Shown here: piece by piece, positions 8,053 to 19,473 of the stretch
Layout of the letters: each line of letters opens with the position of its first letter
How positions within the stretch are numbered: the stretch's first letter is position 1
Position numbers and translations under genes: made by a program
Assembly (NCBI GenBank): GCA_043825095.1
Contig: JBDRSE010000102.1
Location: forward strand, 4,655 to 68,654
Direction of reading: 5' to 3'
DNA length: 64,000 bases
Source: a bacterium
Lineage (GTDB): Bacteria > Myxococcota_A > Polyangia > HGW-17 > JAJRWW01
The notes under the pieces: generated by a model
What the model was told of the DNA's origin: nothing
What the model saw: the letters and a program-made list of their open reading frames with translations, nothing else
Databases searched by the model: none

Positions 8053-9867
8053 TCACTTGGGCTTGTCGCGCAACAAGCGGCCACGGCCGACGAATTTCTG
8101 TGTCTGTCCAAGCTCGTCTTCGGGCCCCCCGCCCCGGTTCGAGTGGTGTGAGGCGTCGGCGCCCTCAGTCGACCCGCCGGCCAGGTCGGCGATTGAACCC
8201 GTGATCTGATCCTCGTCACCGAGGTCGGGAGGCAGCTCGATCCGGTGGTCGTCGTCGGCTTCGATCTTGCCGGTGATCGCGGTTTCGGCAAGCTCCTGCT
8301 GCCGGACCTCCGGGCTCGGGAGATTCACGACGAACCGCGAACCTTGCCCGACCTCGCTGTCGACCGCGATGTGCCCGCCGTGCAGCTCGACGATTTCACG
8401 GACGATGGCCAGTCCGATGCCCAGTCCGGGGTACGGACGTGTGGAGGAGCCGTCCACCTGGTAGAAGGTGTCGAAGATTTTACTCCTCTCCTCGGGTGGA
8501 ATTCCGATCCCGCTGTCGGCAATGGCAACGGTGACGCGGTCCTCGGATCGACGCAGCTCGAGTCGTATGGTGGACGACGGCTCCGAGAACTTCTCGGCGT
8601 TGTCGATCAGGTTCCGCAGGGCCTGCTTCAGTCGGGTTCGATCCCCGAGGACCAGGACCGGCTGCGGCTCCAAGTCTAGGGCCACGGTCAACGCTTTCTG
8701 GCGCAAGGTGTCGGCCGAGTCAGCGACGATCTCGGACAGCAGCGCGCCGAGGTCGACAAGGTCCCGGGACATCCGGTAGCGGTCTTTTTCGAGGCGCGCG
8801 AAGTCGATCAGATTTTCGATCAGGGCCAGGAGTCGCTGAATGGACTTCGCCGAGATCTCGAGCCCCTTGCGCTGACGATCGTTCAGTGCTCCCATCTCCT
8901 CCTGCAGCATCAGCTCGTTGTAGCCGCGGATGGTGACGAGGGGGGTGCGCAGCTCGTGGGAGACGTTTGCCAGCACCTGCGACTTCAGGTTGTCCAGAGA
9001 CTGCAGCTCCTCGTGCTGCGCCTGCAGACGGTCGTAGGCCGACTGGAGCTCATCCAGGGAGTGTGCGAGCTGTTGCTCGGCCTCTTTCCGGGCGGTGATG
9101 TCGCGTCCGATGGCCTCCACGGACACGACATTGTCCTCTCGATCTCGGCCGGGATAGAGCATCAGGGCCAGGATCATCAGCTCGTTGTCACGCCGCGCGA
9201 AACCCACCTCGATGGAGCGAGCTACACCGCGCCGGGCGTCGAGGAGCGAGGCCTCGAACGCTTCGTGGTACTCCGGCATGACGCGGGCCGACAGCAGCTT
9301 CGGATCCGCCAAGAAGTCGTTCGGATAGTAGCCCAGCAGATACGCGGACGCCTGATTCATCTTGGCGATGCGCCCCGAGGCCACGTCGATGCTGAAGACC
9401 AGCGACGAGATGTTCTCGTCTTGGTCCCTGAGGGAGGGGGCGCCGGTGGCGTCGCGCTCGACCGCGCGCGAGCGGCTTCCCGCCCGCTGACCGATGTACA
9501 GCGCGCCGATGCTGCCCCCGGTGGAGTCCCGCAGCACGATCGTCGTGAACGGGATCGTCCGTTCGCCGCCCTCCTTGGTGCGGAAGGTCCACTCCACCGG
9601 CTCGGACTCCGGCGCCTGCCCATCGAGCACCCGGCGCACGTGGAGGAGCAGCGCCCCCTGTTGCTCCACGGGCATGGCGGACTCGAGGAACTTGCTTTGC
9701 AGCTCTCGCCCGGGGGACACGCCGGTGATGGCCTGCATGCGCCAGTTTAGCAGCAGCAGGTCACCGCTCTTCGACAGCGCCAGGAGCGGTACATCCGTGG
9801 CCTCGATCACGCTCCTGAGCGCGGCCTCGATGTCTACGAGAGGATGGAGATAGGACGCTTTCGGCAT
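8053..9867 (-). CDS. PAS-domain sensor histidine kinase (cytoplasmic)
   Basis: Two PAS-like regions ending in RDITARK; H-box NVSHELRTPL; N-box NLIDNAEKF; DSGIGI; GLGIGL. Confidence 0.95.
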   Translation of the reverse strand: MPKASYLHPLVDIEAALRSVIEATDVPLLALSKSGDLLLLNWRMQAITGVSPGRELQSKFLESAMPVEQQGALLLHVRRVLDGQAPESEPVEWTFRTKEGGERTIPFTTIVLRDSTGGSIGALYIGQRAGSRSRAVERDATGAPSLRDQDENISSLVFSIDVASGRIAKMNQASAYLLGYYPNDFLADPKLLSARVMPEYHEAFEASLLDARRGVARSIEVGFARRDNELMILALMLYPGRDREDNVVSVEAIGRDITARKEAEQQLAHSLDELQSAYDRLQAQHEELQSLDNLKSQVLANVSHELRTPLVTIRGYNELMLQEEMGALNDRQRKGLEISAKSIQRLLALIENLIDFARLEKDRYRMSRDLVDLGALLSEIVADSADTLRQKALTVALDLEPQPVLVLGDRTRLKQALRNLIDNAEKFSEPSSTIRLELRRSEDRVTVAIADSGIGIPPEERSKIFDTFYQVDGSSTRPYPGLGIGLAIVREIVELHGGHIAVDSEVGQGSRFVVNLPSPEVRQQELAETAITGKIEADDDHRIELPPDLGDEDQITGSIADLAGGSTEGADASHHSNRGGGPEDELGQTQKFVGRGRLLRDKPK

Positions 9868-9876
9868 GCTTGGTGC

Positions 9877-11685
9877 TCAACCGTCGCTGTACAGCGCTTC
9901 GATCCGGTCTCGGTACCGCCGGTAGATGACCGACCGGATGGGCTCTCCGCTGGCCGACAGCTCGCCGGTCTCTACCGACAGCCGTCCCGGCATCACCTGG
10001 AACGCCCGAACCAGCTCGTGCCGCTCCAGGCCTTGATTCGTCGCGTCGATCAACCGCTGCAGTGACTTGCGCTGCTCTTCTTCCGGGTCTCCTGCCGGCT
10101 CACCGTCGCCCTGCCCGGCCGGCCAAATCAAAGCCGTGGCGTGTGACCGGCCTTCGCCACATACGACGGCGAAGGCGACCCTTTCGGAAGCGGCCAGCGT
10201 GCCCTCGATGAGGCCCGGCGCGATGGTCCGGCCGCCCGACAGCCTGATGATATCCTCCTTGCGCCCGGTGAGGAACAGGAAGTCGTCCTCGATGAGTCCG
10301 AGGTCTCCGGTGTGGTACCAGCCGTCGGCGTCCACGATGGGCTCGACGTGAAGCGCACGCCGGCTCGCGTGCCCCTCCCCTGGCTGCGGCCTGAGATACC
10401 CGGCCGACATCCCCGCGCCGCGCAGGAGCACCTCTCCGTCGGGGGAGAGGCGGAGCTCGACGCCCGAGAGCGGCAACCCGACACTCCCCAGCCGGAAGTT
10501 GTCCGGTCGATTGGCGGTGGCGACGGCGACGGTTTCACTCGCGCCGTATCCGGTCAACACCGGGAGTCCGGCAAAGTCGAACAGCTCGGCCAAGGAGTCG
10601 TCCAACATCCCTCCGCCGCACACCAGATGCTGCACCCTCCCCCCGAGCAGATGCCGCACACGGGTGCGGAATGCCTTTCGCGCCACCGCTCGATCCAGGC
10701 CCAGGAGCAGCTTCCGCGGGCGTTTGGCGCTGTTTCCGACGAACCGATTCACCAGGGAGAGCGTGGTGCGGCCCGGCATCCCGACGGGGCCTTCACGCCG
10801 CGTGAGAATGTACTCCCGCAGCTGCTCGAAGGTGGACGGTGCACCGGCGATGAAGTGGGGCCGGGCGGCGATCAGCTCGCTTTGCAGTCCGCGCGTCCGA
10901 TTCCACAGGTAGGTCGTGGCTCCCTGGTCAATGGCCGCCCAGGCCATCAGTCGACCGAAGATGCCGGCCAGCGGGAGCACCAGCAGCTGCGTCGCGCTGC
11001 GCGGCAGCACGGTGATTTCCCGAAGCGCCATGAGCTTCGACAACAGGGCCCGGTGCGTCAGGACGGCGCCCCGGGCCGGGCCGCTCCGTCCGGCGGAATA
11101 CACGATGGTCGCCGGAGCGTCGGGGTCCACTCCGCTGTGCTCCGGGCGCAGGCCGTCACCCCGTTCCAGGATGGCTCTCCCCCGGACGAGCAGATCGTCG
11201 AACCGGGCTGGTTTGCCCACGGCGCCCCAGTCCTCGTGGACGTCGAGCTCCTGGGCAGGGGGATGAAACAGCACGATCTGGGTGTTGGCCGCGATGCCGG
11301 CGAAGTTCACCCGAAGGCGGTGCAGGTCCTTCATGGTGCCCACGAAGACGACTTGGGGCTGGAGCTCGACCAGCATCCGGGCCCGGGCGGCCGCGGGCGC
11401 CGTGCGGCTGATGGGTGCGCAGACGGCCCCGCACATGAGCACCCCAAGGTCGGCGAGGAGCCACTCCGGGCAGTTCCGGGCGAAGATGGCGACTCGATGC
11501 CCAGAGCGGACACCATGGGCGCGGAGGGCATTGGCCAGGGCGCGAGCGTGTTCCAGCCAATCGGCCCAGCTCAGCTCAATTTCATCGCCTCCATCGGGAT
11601 GAAACCGAATCGCGGGCCACCGCCCGAACCGGTTGGCGCGCCTGACGAGCAGCTCGACGATGTCTCGGGCCCCGCCCTGGGTCAT
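9877..11685 (-). CDS. AMP-binding (long-chain acyl-CoA synthetase-like) protein with degenerate motifs
   Basis: VAIFARNCPEW, YSAGRSGPARG, GYGASET, GSVG, HTGDLG, TGRKEDII. Confidence 0.85.
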   Translation of the reverse strand: MTQGGARDIVELLVRRANRFGRWPAIRFHPDGGDEIELSWADWLEHARALANALRAHGVRSGHRVAIFARNCPEWLLADLGVLMCGAVCAPISRTAPAAARARMLVELQPQVVFVGTMKDLHRLRVNFAGIAANTQIVLFHPPAQELDVHEDWGAVGKPARFDDLLVRGRAILERGDGLRPEHSGVDPDAPATIVYSAGRSGPARGAVLTHRALLSKLMALREITVLPRSATQLLVLPLAGIFGRLMAWAAIDQGATTYLWNRTRGLQSELIAARPHFIAGAPSTFEQLREYILTRREGPVGMPGRTTLSLVNRFVGNSAKRPRKLLLGLDRAVARKAFRTRVRHLLGGRVQHLVCGGGMLDDSLAELFDFAGLPVLTGYGASETVAVATANRPDNFRLGSVGLPLSGVELRLSPDGEVLLRGAGMSAGYLRPQPGEGHASRRALHVEPIVDADGWYHTGDLGLIEDDFLFLTGRKEDIIRLSGGRTIAPGLIEGTLAASERVAFAVVCGEGRSHATALIWPAGQGDGEPAGDPEEEQRKSLQRLIDATNQGLERHELVRAFQVMPGRLSVETGELSASGEPIRSVIYRRYRDRIEALYSDG

Positions 11686-11837
11686 GGTTTCCTGTGCCTC
11701 ATCAAGAGGAACCTCTACAGCGCAGACCTCGTTTTTTCAAGTCATCTTTTCGCTTGCTTACACCGAACCCCACCCCCTATGATTGCGCGCTGGCGCGGCG
11801 CAGCGCCACAATAATGCCTTGAGGTCTCCGTCCAAGC

Positions 11838-13712
<1,875 letters not shown>

Positions 13713-13833
13713 CAGCAGTAGCCTCTGCGCGCAAAATAGAGTATATCTTCGTGGTTACGAGTCAAAGACCTCCATGATGGCATGGTCAGTGCCACTGGGG
13801 TGCTGACTGCTGAGTAGAGCTGCCTAGGCTTGG

Positions 13834-14802
13834 ATGACTGAAGTAGCCCGAAGCTCGCTCGGCCGGGGCCTGCTGGCTCTGGCCGTTGCGTTGGCGTTCC
13901 TCTGGGGTGCGGCGGCGAAACTGGCCGCTCAGCCCGCCGGAGGTGCACTCACACAGGCGCGCGCCGCCTACGATAGCCGGAGCTATCAACAGGTCGTGGA
14001 CCTGCTGGGCAAGAGCCTCTACCCGCGCAGCAAGTTCACCACGGAAGCCGAGGAGGTGGAGGCGTACAAGCTGCTGGGCATCTCCTACTACTGGCTGTCG
14101 GTGCTTGCCAAGTCGGCACCGGCACGGGTGCGGCTCGAAAAACAGGCGGAACGGCAGTACGGCGCTCTGCTGGGGCTGCGTCCGAGGTTTCGTCTGAAGA
14201 AGCTCCAGCACCCGGACCACGTGCTCAAGTTCTTCGCCGCGGTGGTCACGAAGCTCAAGGCGGCCTCGTCGCCGCTGAAGGCGCTCGAGGCGGAGCTCGA
14301 GCACTGCCGGAAGAAGAACGGGCTGGTCATGACGCAATTCAGCGCGTATCGCTCCAAATGCACGACCAAGCTCGTCGTGACGGAGAAGGTCGTTAAGCGG
14401 TACTTCTTCTGGAACTTCGTCCCCTTTGGCGCGGGGCAGTTCCAGAACGGACAGCCGCTCAAGGGAACGCTGTTCGCGGTGGGTCAGGGCGCAATGCTGC
14501 TCATGAACATCACCGCGCTGATCATCGGGGAGACGTCCTACGTCCGGAACGGACCTGACCGGACCGTGCGCCGGGACTCGGACTCCCAATCCCGGGCGGC
14601 CGATATCCAGAAGCTCACCATCGCCTCGGGAGCGCTCTTCTGGTCCCTCGTGGTATGGGGGGTCATCGACGCCATCGCCAACTACAAGAAGTCGTCGGTG
14701 GTAAAGCAGCGCCAACTGATCCCCATTGGCGGGTCCAACGTGGGTCTGAGCCCATCGGTGAGCAAGGACGCGCTGACATTGGGCGTAACGGGGCGGTTTT
14801 GA
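13834..14802 (+). CDS. exported TPR-like protein with hydrophobic C-terminus ending LGVTGRF
   Basis: Signal peptide, helical TPR-like region, PFGAGQFQNG motif, hydrophobic helices. Confidence 0.75.
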   Translation: MTEVARSSLGRGLLALAVALAFLWGAAAKLAAQPAGGALTQARAAYDSRSYQQVVDLLGKSLYPRSKFTTEAEEVEAYKLLGISYYWLSVLAKSAPARVRLEKQAERQYGALLGLRPRFRLKKLQHPDHVLKFFAAVVTKLKAASSPLKALEAELEHCRKKNGLVMTQFSAYRSKCTTKLVVTEKVVKRYFFWNFVPFGAGQFQNGQPLKGTLFAVGQGAMLLMNITALIIGETSYVRNGPDRTVRRDSDSQSRAADIQKLTIASGALFWSLVVWGVIDAIANYKKSSVVKQRQLIPIGGSNVGLSPSVSKDALTLGVTGRF

Positions 14803-14862
14803 CGATGGGGAAGAAGAAATGAGAGGATCGAGCACGCGCTCGAGCACCAGAGAGGGAGCTGA

Positions 14863-16662
14863 ATGCCTTCGTTGAGAATTGAGGCACCTGGGCAGAAGCC
14901 GAAGGTGTACCACCTGTTCAAGAAGATCACGACGATCGGCAAGGCCGACGAGAACGACGTGGTGCTCGAGGATCCCCTCATCGGGGAAACCCACGCGCAC
15001 ATGCACTTCGACGGCAAGGCCTACGTGGTTCAAGCCACTACCAGGCAGAATCCGTTGCACATCAATGGTCGCAAGAAAAAGAAGGCCCGGCTGGAGCATG
15101 GCGACAAGGTGCGAGTCGGCGCCTACGAGCTGGTGTTCAGTCTCTTCGACGAGGCGGCCGTGGTCGAGGAAGAGGCGGCCGCCACCGTGGCGGACGTGTC
15201 GGGTTACAAGAAGCTGCACGAGTTCAGCGAGCGGCTTCTGCGGGACTACAAGCTGGAGAACCTGCTCGAAACCCTCATGGACACGGTGATCGAGATTACG
15301 AGCGCCGACAAGGGATTCCTGATCCTCACCGAGGGCGAGAATCTAAGCGTCAAAGTGGCCCGGAACCTCAAGAAGGAGAACATCTTGAACGCGGTGGATC
15401 AGTTCTCAGACTCCATCGTGGCCAAAGTGATCGAGGCGCGGAAGCCACTCATCGTCTCGGACGCCTTCAACGACGACGAATTTTCCAGCTCCAAGAGCGT
15501 GATGAACCTGAAGCTGAGCTCGGTAATGTGCGTGCCCCTGCTCGAGCGCGGCAACCTGCTCGGCCTGATCTACGTGGGCAACGACAACGTGATCGATCTG
15601 TTCGACGACGGGAACCTGAACGTACTCACCGTGTTCTCGGCCCAGGCCAGCCTGCTCATTCGGAACGCGCTGCTGGTGAGCGAGCTGCGCATGGACAACG
15701 AGAGCCTCACAGAGCGGATCGAAAAGATCACCTTCGGCGACATCATCGGCTCCTGCGAGGCAATGCAGGACATCTACCGGCGCATTCGGAAGATCGCGGG
15801 CACTGACGTGTCGGTGCTCATCACGGGCGAAACCGGCACGGGCAAGGAGCTCATCGCCCGGGAGATCCACCGGCGCTCCAACCGTGCCAGCGGCCCCTTC
15901 ATCACCATCAACTGCGGCGCCATCCCGGAGAACCTGCTGGAGTCGGAGCTGTTCGGCCACGTCAAGGGGTCCTTCACCGGCGCCGTGGCCACCAAGGAAG
16001 GGCGGTTCCAGTCGGCCGGAGGCGGCACCCTGTTCCTCGACGAGATCGGGGAGATGCCGCTGCAGCTGCAGGTCAAGATTCTCCGCGCGCTGCAGGAGCG
16101 TACGGTGATCAAAGTGGGTGGAAACAAGCCGGAGCAGGTGGACATCCGCATCATCACGGCCACCAACCGCGTGCTCGAAGAGGAGATCAAGGGCGGACGC
16201 TTCCGCGAGGACCTGTACTACCGCCTCAACGTGGTGAACATCCACCTGCCGCCGCTGCGGGATCGCGGCGAGGACGTGGTGCTCATCGCCAAGTACCTGC
16301 TGGGCAAGTACGTCCAGGAATACGATTCATCCCCCCGAGGGTTTTCCCCCAACGCGGCCATCGCCATGAAGAAGTTCGACTGGCAGGGGAACATTCGGCA
16401 GATGGAGAACCACATCAAGAAGGCGGTGATCCTGAGCGACAAGGTGCTGCTCGGACCCGAGGACCTCGGCCTCACGGCGGACGCGATCGATTCCGTGCTC
16501 CCTCTGTCCCTGGCGAAGGAGGATTTCCAGCGCCGCTACATCAACGAGGTGCTCGCGCGGAACAACGGCAACCGGACCAAGACCGCACGGGATCTGGGTG
16601 TTGATCCACGAACGATATTCCGTCACCTGGAGAAGGAGGAGGAGCTGGCGACCAAGGATTGA
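14863..16662 (+). CDS. FHA-GAF-sigma54-dependent transcriptional activator (Fis-type HTH)
   Basis: N-terminal FHA-like domain (TIGK..ENDVVL..HA), GAF (SVMCVPL), GETGTGKE, GSFTGA, FLDEIG, FREDLYYRL, GNRTKTARDLG. Confidence 0.95.
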   Translation: MPSLRIEAPGQKPKVYHLFKKITTIGKADENDVVLEDPLIGETHAHMHFDGKAYVVQATTRQNPLHINGRKKKKARLEHGDKVRVGAYELVFSLFDEAAVVEEEAAATVADVSGYKKLHEFSERLLRDYKLENLLETLMDTVIEITSADKGFLILTEGENLSVKVARNLKKENILNAVDQFSDSIVAKVIEARKPLIVSDAFNDDEFSSSKSVMNLKLSSVMCVPLLERGNLLGLIYVGNDNVIDLFDDGNLNVLTVFSAQASLLIRNALLVSELRMDNESLTERIEKITFGDIIGSCEAMQDIYRRIRKIAGTDVSVLITGETGTGKELIAREIHRRSNRASGPFITINCGAIPENLLESELFGHVKGSFTGAVATKEGRFQSAGGGTLFLDEIGEMPLQLQVKILRALQERTVIKVGGNKPEQVDIRIITATNRVLEEEIKGGRFREDLYYRLNVVNIHLPPLRDRGEDVVLIAKYLLGKYVQEYDSSPRGFSPNAAIAMKKFDWQGNIRQMENHIKKAVILSDKVLLGPEDLGLTADAIDSVLPLSLAKEDFQRRYINEVLARNNGNRTKTARDLGVDPRTIFRHLEKEEELATKD

Positions 16663-16823
16663 GCTGCCCCTGTCCGTGAGCGCGGTTCGGGCACGCCGGC
16701 CTCAGAAAACTATGAAAACTTTTCAGCCCAGTGGACAAACGTGTCAGGGCTTACGATGACGCATCGGGTCGCGTCGAAACGGCAAACTGGATTTTCCGAA
16801 TGATTGCGTCATAATTAATCATC

Positions 16824-17450
16824 ATGGATCACATCTTGCTTACAGATGACCCAGCAGTCTCCGCAACGAGGAAGCGCCTGGTTGTGAGAAGCCTGATGAC
16901 ATTGGTAGGAGCACTGATGCTCGCTGTCGCCACCGTTGGATGCCCTGTGCCCGTGCAGTACCCGCTGGAGCCTGAGGAAACCCCCATGCCTCCGACCGTG
17001 CTGCCGGACTGGACGCACCCCTACGTGGGGCAGCTGCAGGTGACGGAGGACGAGAAGCCGACATTCACAGTGGTCGTGGACGAACCGAACTTGTCCGACG
17101 TGCTCGAGGTCAAAGCGGTCATGGGTCTCGACCGCGCCTGGTCACCTGACCTGGGGGGCGAGTATCGGGTAATGGCCGAGGACATCTTCGTCCGCCCCAG
17201 CGACACGCTGCCCCCGGCGGACGCCTCAGACATGGGGGTCGGTCCCACGGTCCGCAAGAAGGACTTCACGCTGACCTGGACGCCTTGCCAACTGGGCTCG
17301 GCCGGCGAAGAGCCGTTCATCCTGGTCTGCGTGACGGATGGCAGCGGTTTTCAGGCGCCGCCCGCCGGCCATCCGAACAACAATCCCTGTATTCCTCGCG
17401 AAAGCGCGTTCGTGGATAGCTACGCGGTGATGATTCTATGTACGCTCTAG
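16824..17450 (+). CDS. putative lipoprotein
   Basis: Lipobox-like ATVGC; good codon usage; start may be ATG 16896. Confidence 0.7.
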   Translation: MDHILLTDDPAVSATRKRLVVRSLMTLVGALMLAVATVGCPVPVQYPLEPEETPMPPTVLPDWTHPYVGQLQVTEDEKPTFTVVVDEPNLSDVLEVKAVMGLDRAWSPDLGGEYRVMAEDIFVRPSDTLPPADASDMGVGPTVRKKDFTLTWTPCQLGSAGEEPFILVCVTDGSGFQAPPAGHPNNNPCIPRESAFVDSYAVMILCTL

Positions 17451-17503
17451 GTGGTTCATTTGACCGTTTTTAGCAATAGTTTGCAATAGATTGAGCCTGA
17501 GTT

Positions 17504-19297
17504 ATGAATGATGGAAAGCTGAAACGATTCGCGGTCAGACTGCTCTATGCGCTGGCGTTCGCCGGCTGTGTCGGGCTCATCGTGGCCTCCCAAACGGGCT
17601 GCGGTGGGCCTTCCACGGGCGCCCAGAACCAGAACCCCGTCCTGAAGAGCTGCCAGGTGGATGAGGACTGTGAGAGCTCGGAAGAGCTCTGCTCGGCCTA
17701 CCTGGTCTGTATGCCCCGGGCCACCGGCGGAGTGGCCCTCGGCTTCGAGCTGACCCCTCCGGTACAGGGAACCCAGGGCGGCATGAAGCTCACGCAGACA
17801 GAGGTCCCCCCGTGGGAGGTCGATTACGGCTCCGACGGCGTGGTGTCCATCGGGTACCAGGAGGCCGTCCGCCTGACCGGTTCGGTGATGGTCATGGTCA
17901 CGGACAATCCCGACATTCCCCTGCAGGCCACGATCACGGCGACCCGGGATTCGAGACTGCCGGGCCGGCCCAAGGTCGTGCTGAGCAAGAGCGTCGACGC
18001 CCTGGGGATCATGTACCGGCCGGAGCCCACCGAGGAGGCCACCTCGTTCACCATGATGCTGCCCAAGGGCGTCAGGCACACACTCCGTGCCACTCCTCTG
18101 TCGCCTTTTGACCAGGTGTACCATCCGACCACCATGGACTTCGAGATCGAGGCGGATACCCCCATGACGTTCGTGTTCGGCGAGGCCGACAACACCGACT
18201 ACCTCACCGGGGTCGTCGTGGACGCGGTCGGTGCGCCCGTGTTCGGGGTCAAGGTCCGCGCCGTGGACGAGGGGAACGGGATCTTCGTCTCCACCGTGGA
18301 CGAAACCGACGAAACGGGTTCCTTCCGGCTCGCGGTTCCGCGCGGGCTCCGGACCTACAAGCTCACCTTCAGTCCCAGCGAGACCAACCAGAACGTGCCG
18401 CAGGTGACCCACAACCAGGTGGAGTGCTGCAACCACGACGGCAACAGCGTCGACACGCCCGAAGACCTCGGCGAGTTCATGCTGCCCGCCTTTCCCATGC
18501 CGCAGACGTACCAATTCAAGATCACCGGGCTCGAGTCGTCGGGGCACCTGGCCGAGGGCATCGAGGGCACGCTCACCTTCGAAACCGAGGTGGGGCAGCC
18601 CGGAGGTGTGACCGGCGTGTTCACGGCCACGGCTTCGGTTGACGCCTCGGGCAAAGTCACAGTGGACCTCATCCCCGGGGACACCAGCGAGAATCGCGTG
18701 TACAAGGTGACCGTCATCACTCCGCCGAGCTGCGAGTTCGCGTCCGAGGTCCGGGAGGAGTTCGAGGTCGGCCCCCTCGGCGGTGTGGGCGAGAGCATCG
18801 AGCTCACCCGGCGGGTGCCCTTCGTGGGCTCTGTGCAGGGCAACAGCCCTACGCTGGAGGCCATCCGGGTCCAGGCCCGGCGCGCGGGCGACGTGGAGGC
18901 CTTTGTCGGACAGCTCTTGGGCACCGATACCGCACAGGACGGTCGATTCAACCTGCTGCTCGACCCGGGCTTCTACGCCATCGAGCTCCTGCCGCCGACC
19001 GGAGTTCCCTTGCCTCGATGGGCCATTAACGTGGGCCGCAAGGTGGAGCTGCTGGACGACGAAACCGTGTGGAATGCAGGTGTCATCGCCATTCCGGACG
19101 CCGCCGTGCTGGAGGCCCGGATCCGCTCCACCAACACCAGCGGCACGCTGCTCGAGGGCGTCAAGGTGTCGGTCTACATGTTTGACGACGACTGCTCCTT
19201 CCCGGACGCGGGGCCGTGCGGCTTCCCCCCCATCCTGCTCGGCGAGGCGACCACCAACTCGGGCGGCCTGGTGCGCCTGATCGTTCCCCGTTCCTGA
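17504..19297 (+). CDS. putative lipoprotein with Cys-rich module and carboxypeptidase-regulatory-like beta repeats
   Basis: QTGC lipobox-like, CQVDEDC motif, TDETGSFRL/AQDGRFNL repeats. Confidence 0.75.
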   Translation: MNDGKLKRFAVRLLYALAFAGCVGLIVASQTGCGGPSTGAQNQNPVLKSCQVDEDCESSEELCSAYLVCMPRATGGVALGFELTPPVQGTQGGMKLTQTEVPPWEVDYGSDGVVSIGYQEAVRLTGSVMVMVTDNPDIPLQATITATRDSRLPGRPKVVLSKSVDALGIMYRPEPTEEATSFTMMLPKGVRHTLRATPLSPFDQVYHPTTMDFEIEADTPMTFVFGEADNTDYLTGVVVDAVGAPVFGVKVRAVDEGNGIFVSTVDETDETGSFRLAVPRGLRTYKLTFSPSETNQNVPQVTHNQVECCNHDGNSVDTPEDLGEFMLPAFPMPQTYQFKITGLESSGHLAEGIEGTLTFETEVGQPGGVTGVFTATASVDASGKVTVDLIPGDTSENRVYKVTVITPPSCEFASEVREEFEVGPLGGVGESIELTRRVPFVGSVQGNSPTLEAIRVQARRAGDVEAFVGQLLGTDTAQDGRFNLLLDPGFYAIELLPPTGVPLPRWAINVGRKVELLDDETVWNAGVIAIPDAAVLEARIRSTNTSGTLLEGVKVSVYMFDDDCSFPDAGPCGFPPILLGEATTNSGGLVRLIVPRS

Positions 19298-19473
19298 GGT
19301 CTCGGCCCAGCGGTCCTGTCCTTCGGCGAGCCAAGAAAATTAGACCCGGCGGCAGTCTCGGCCGTACTCCAGGAGTCTGTCCTGTGTACAGGCGCTGGAC
19401 CTATGCTACGATGTTCAGATTCTCGTCAGTGCAGGCAGTCGTGTCCGGGAGCGTCGCTCCCAGGAGGTGGAGT

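Noticed and set aside
16663-16823. sigma54 promoter ahead of the lipoprotein pair
   Set aside because: No convincing GG-N10-GC consensus found by eye.
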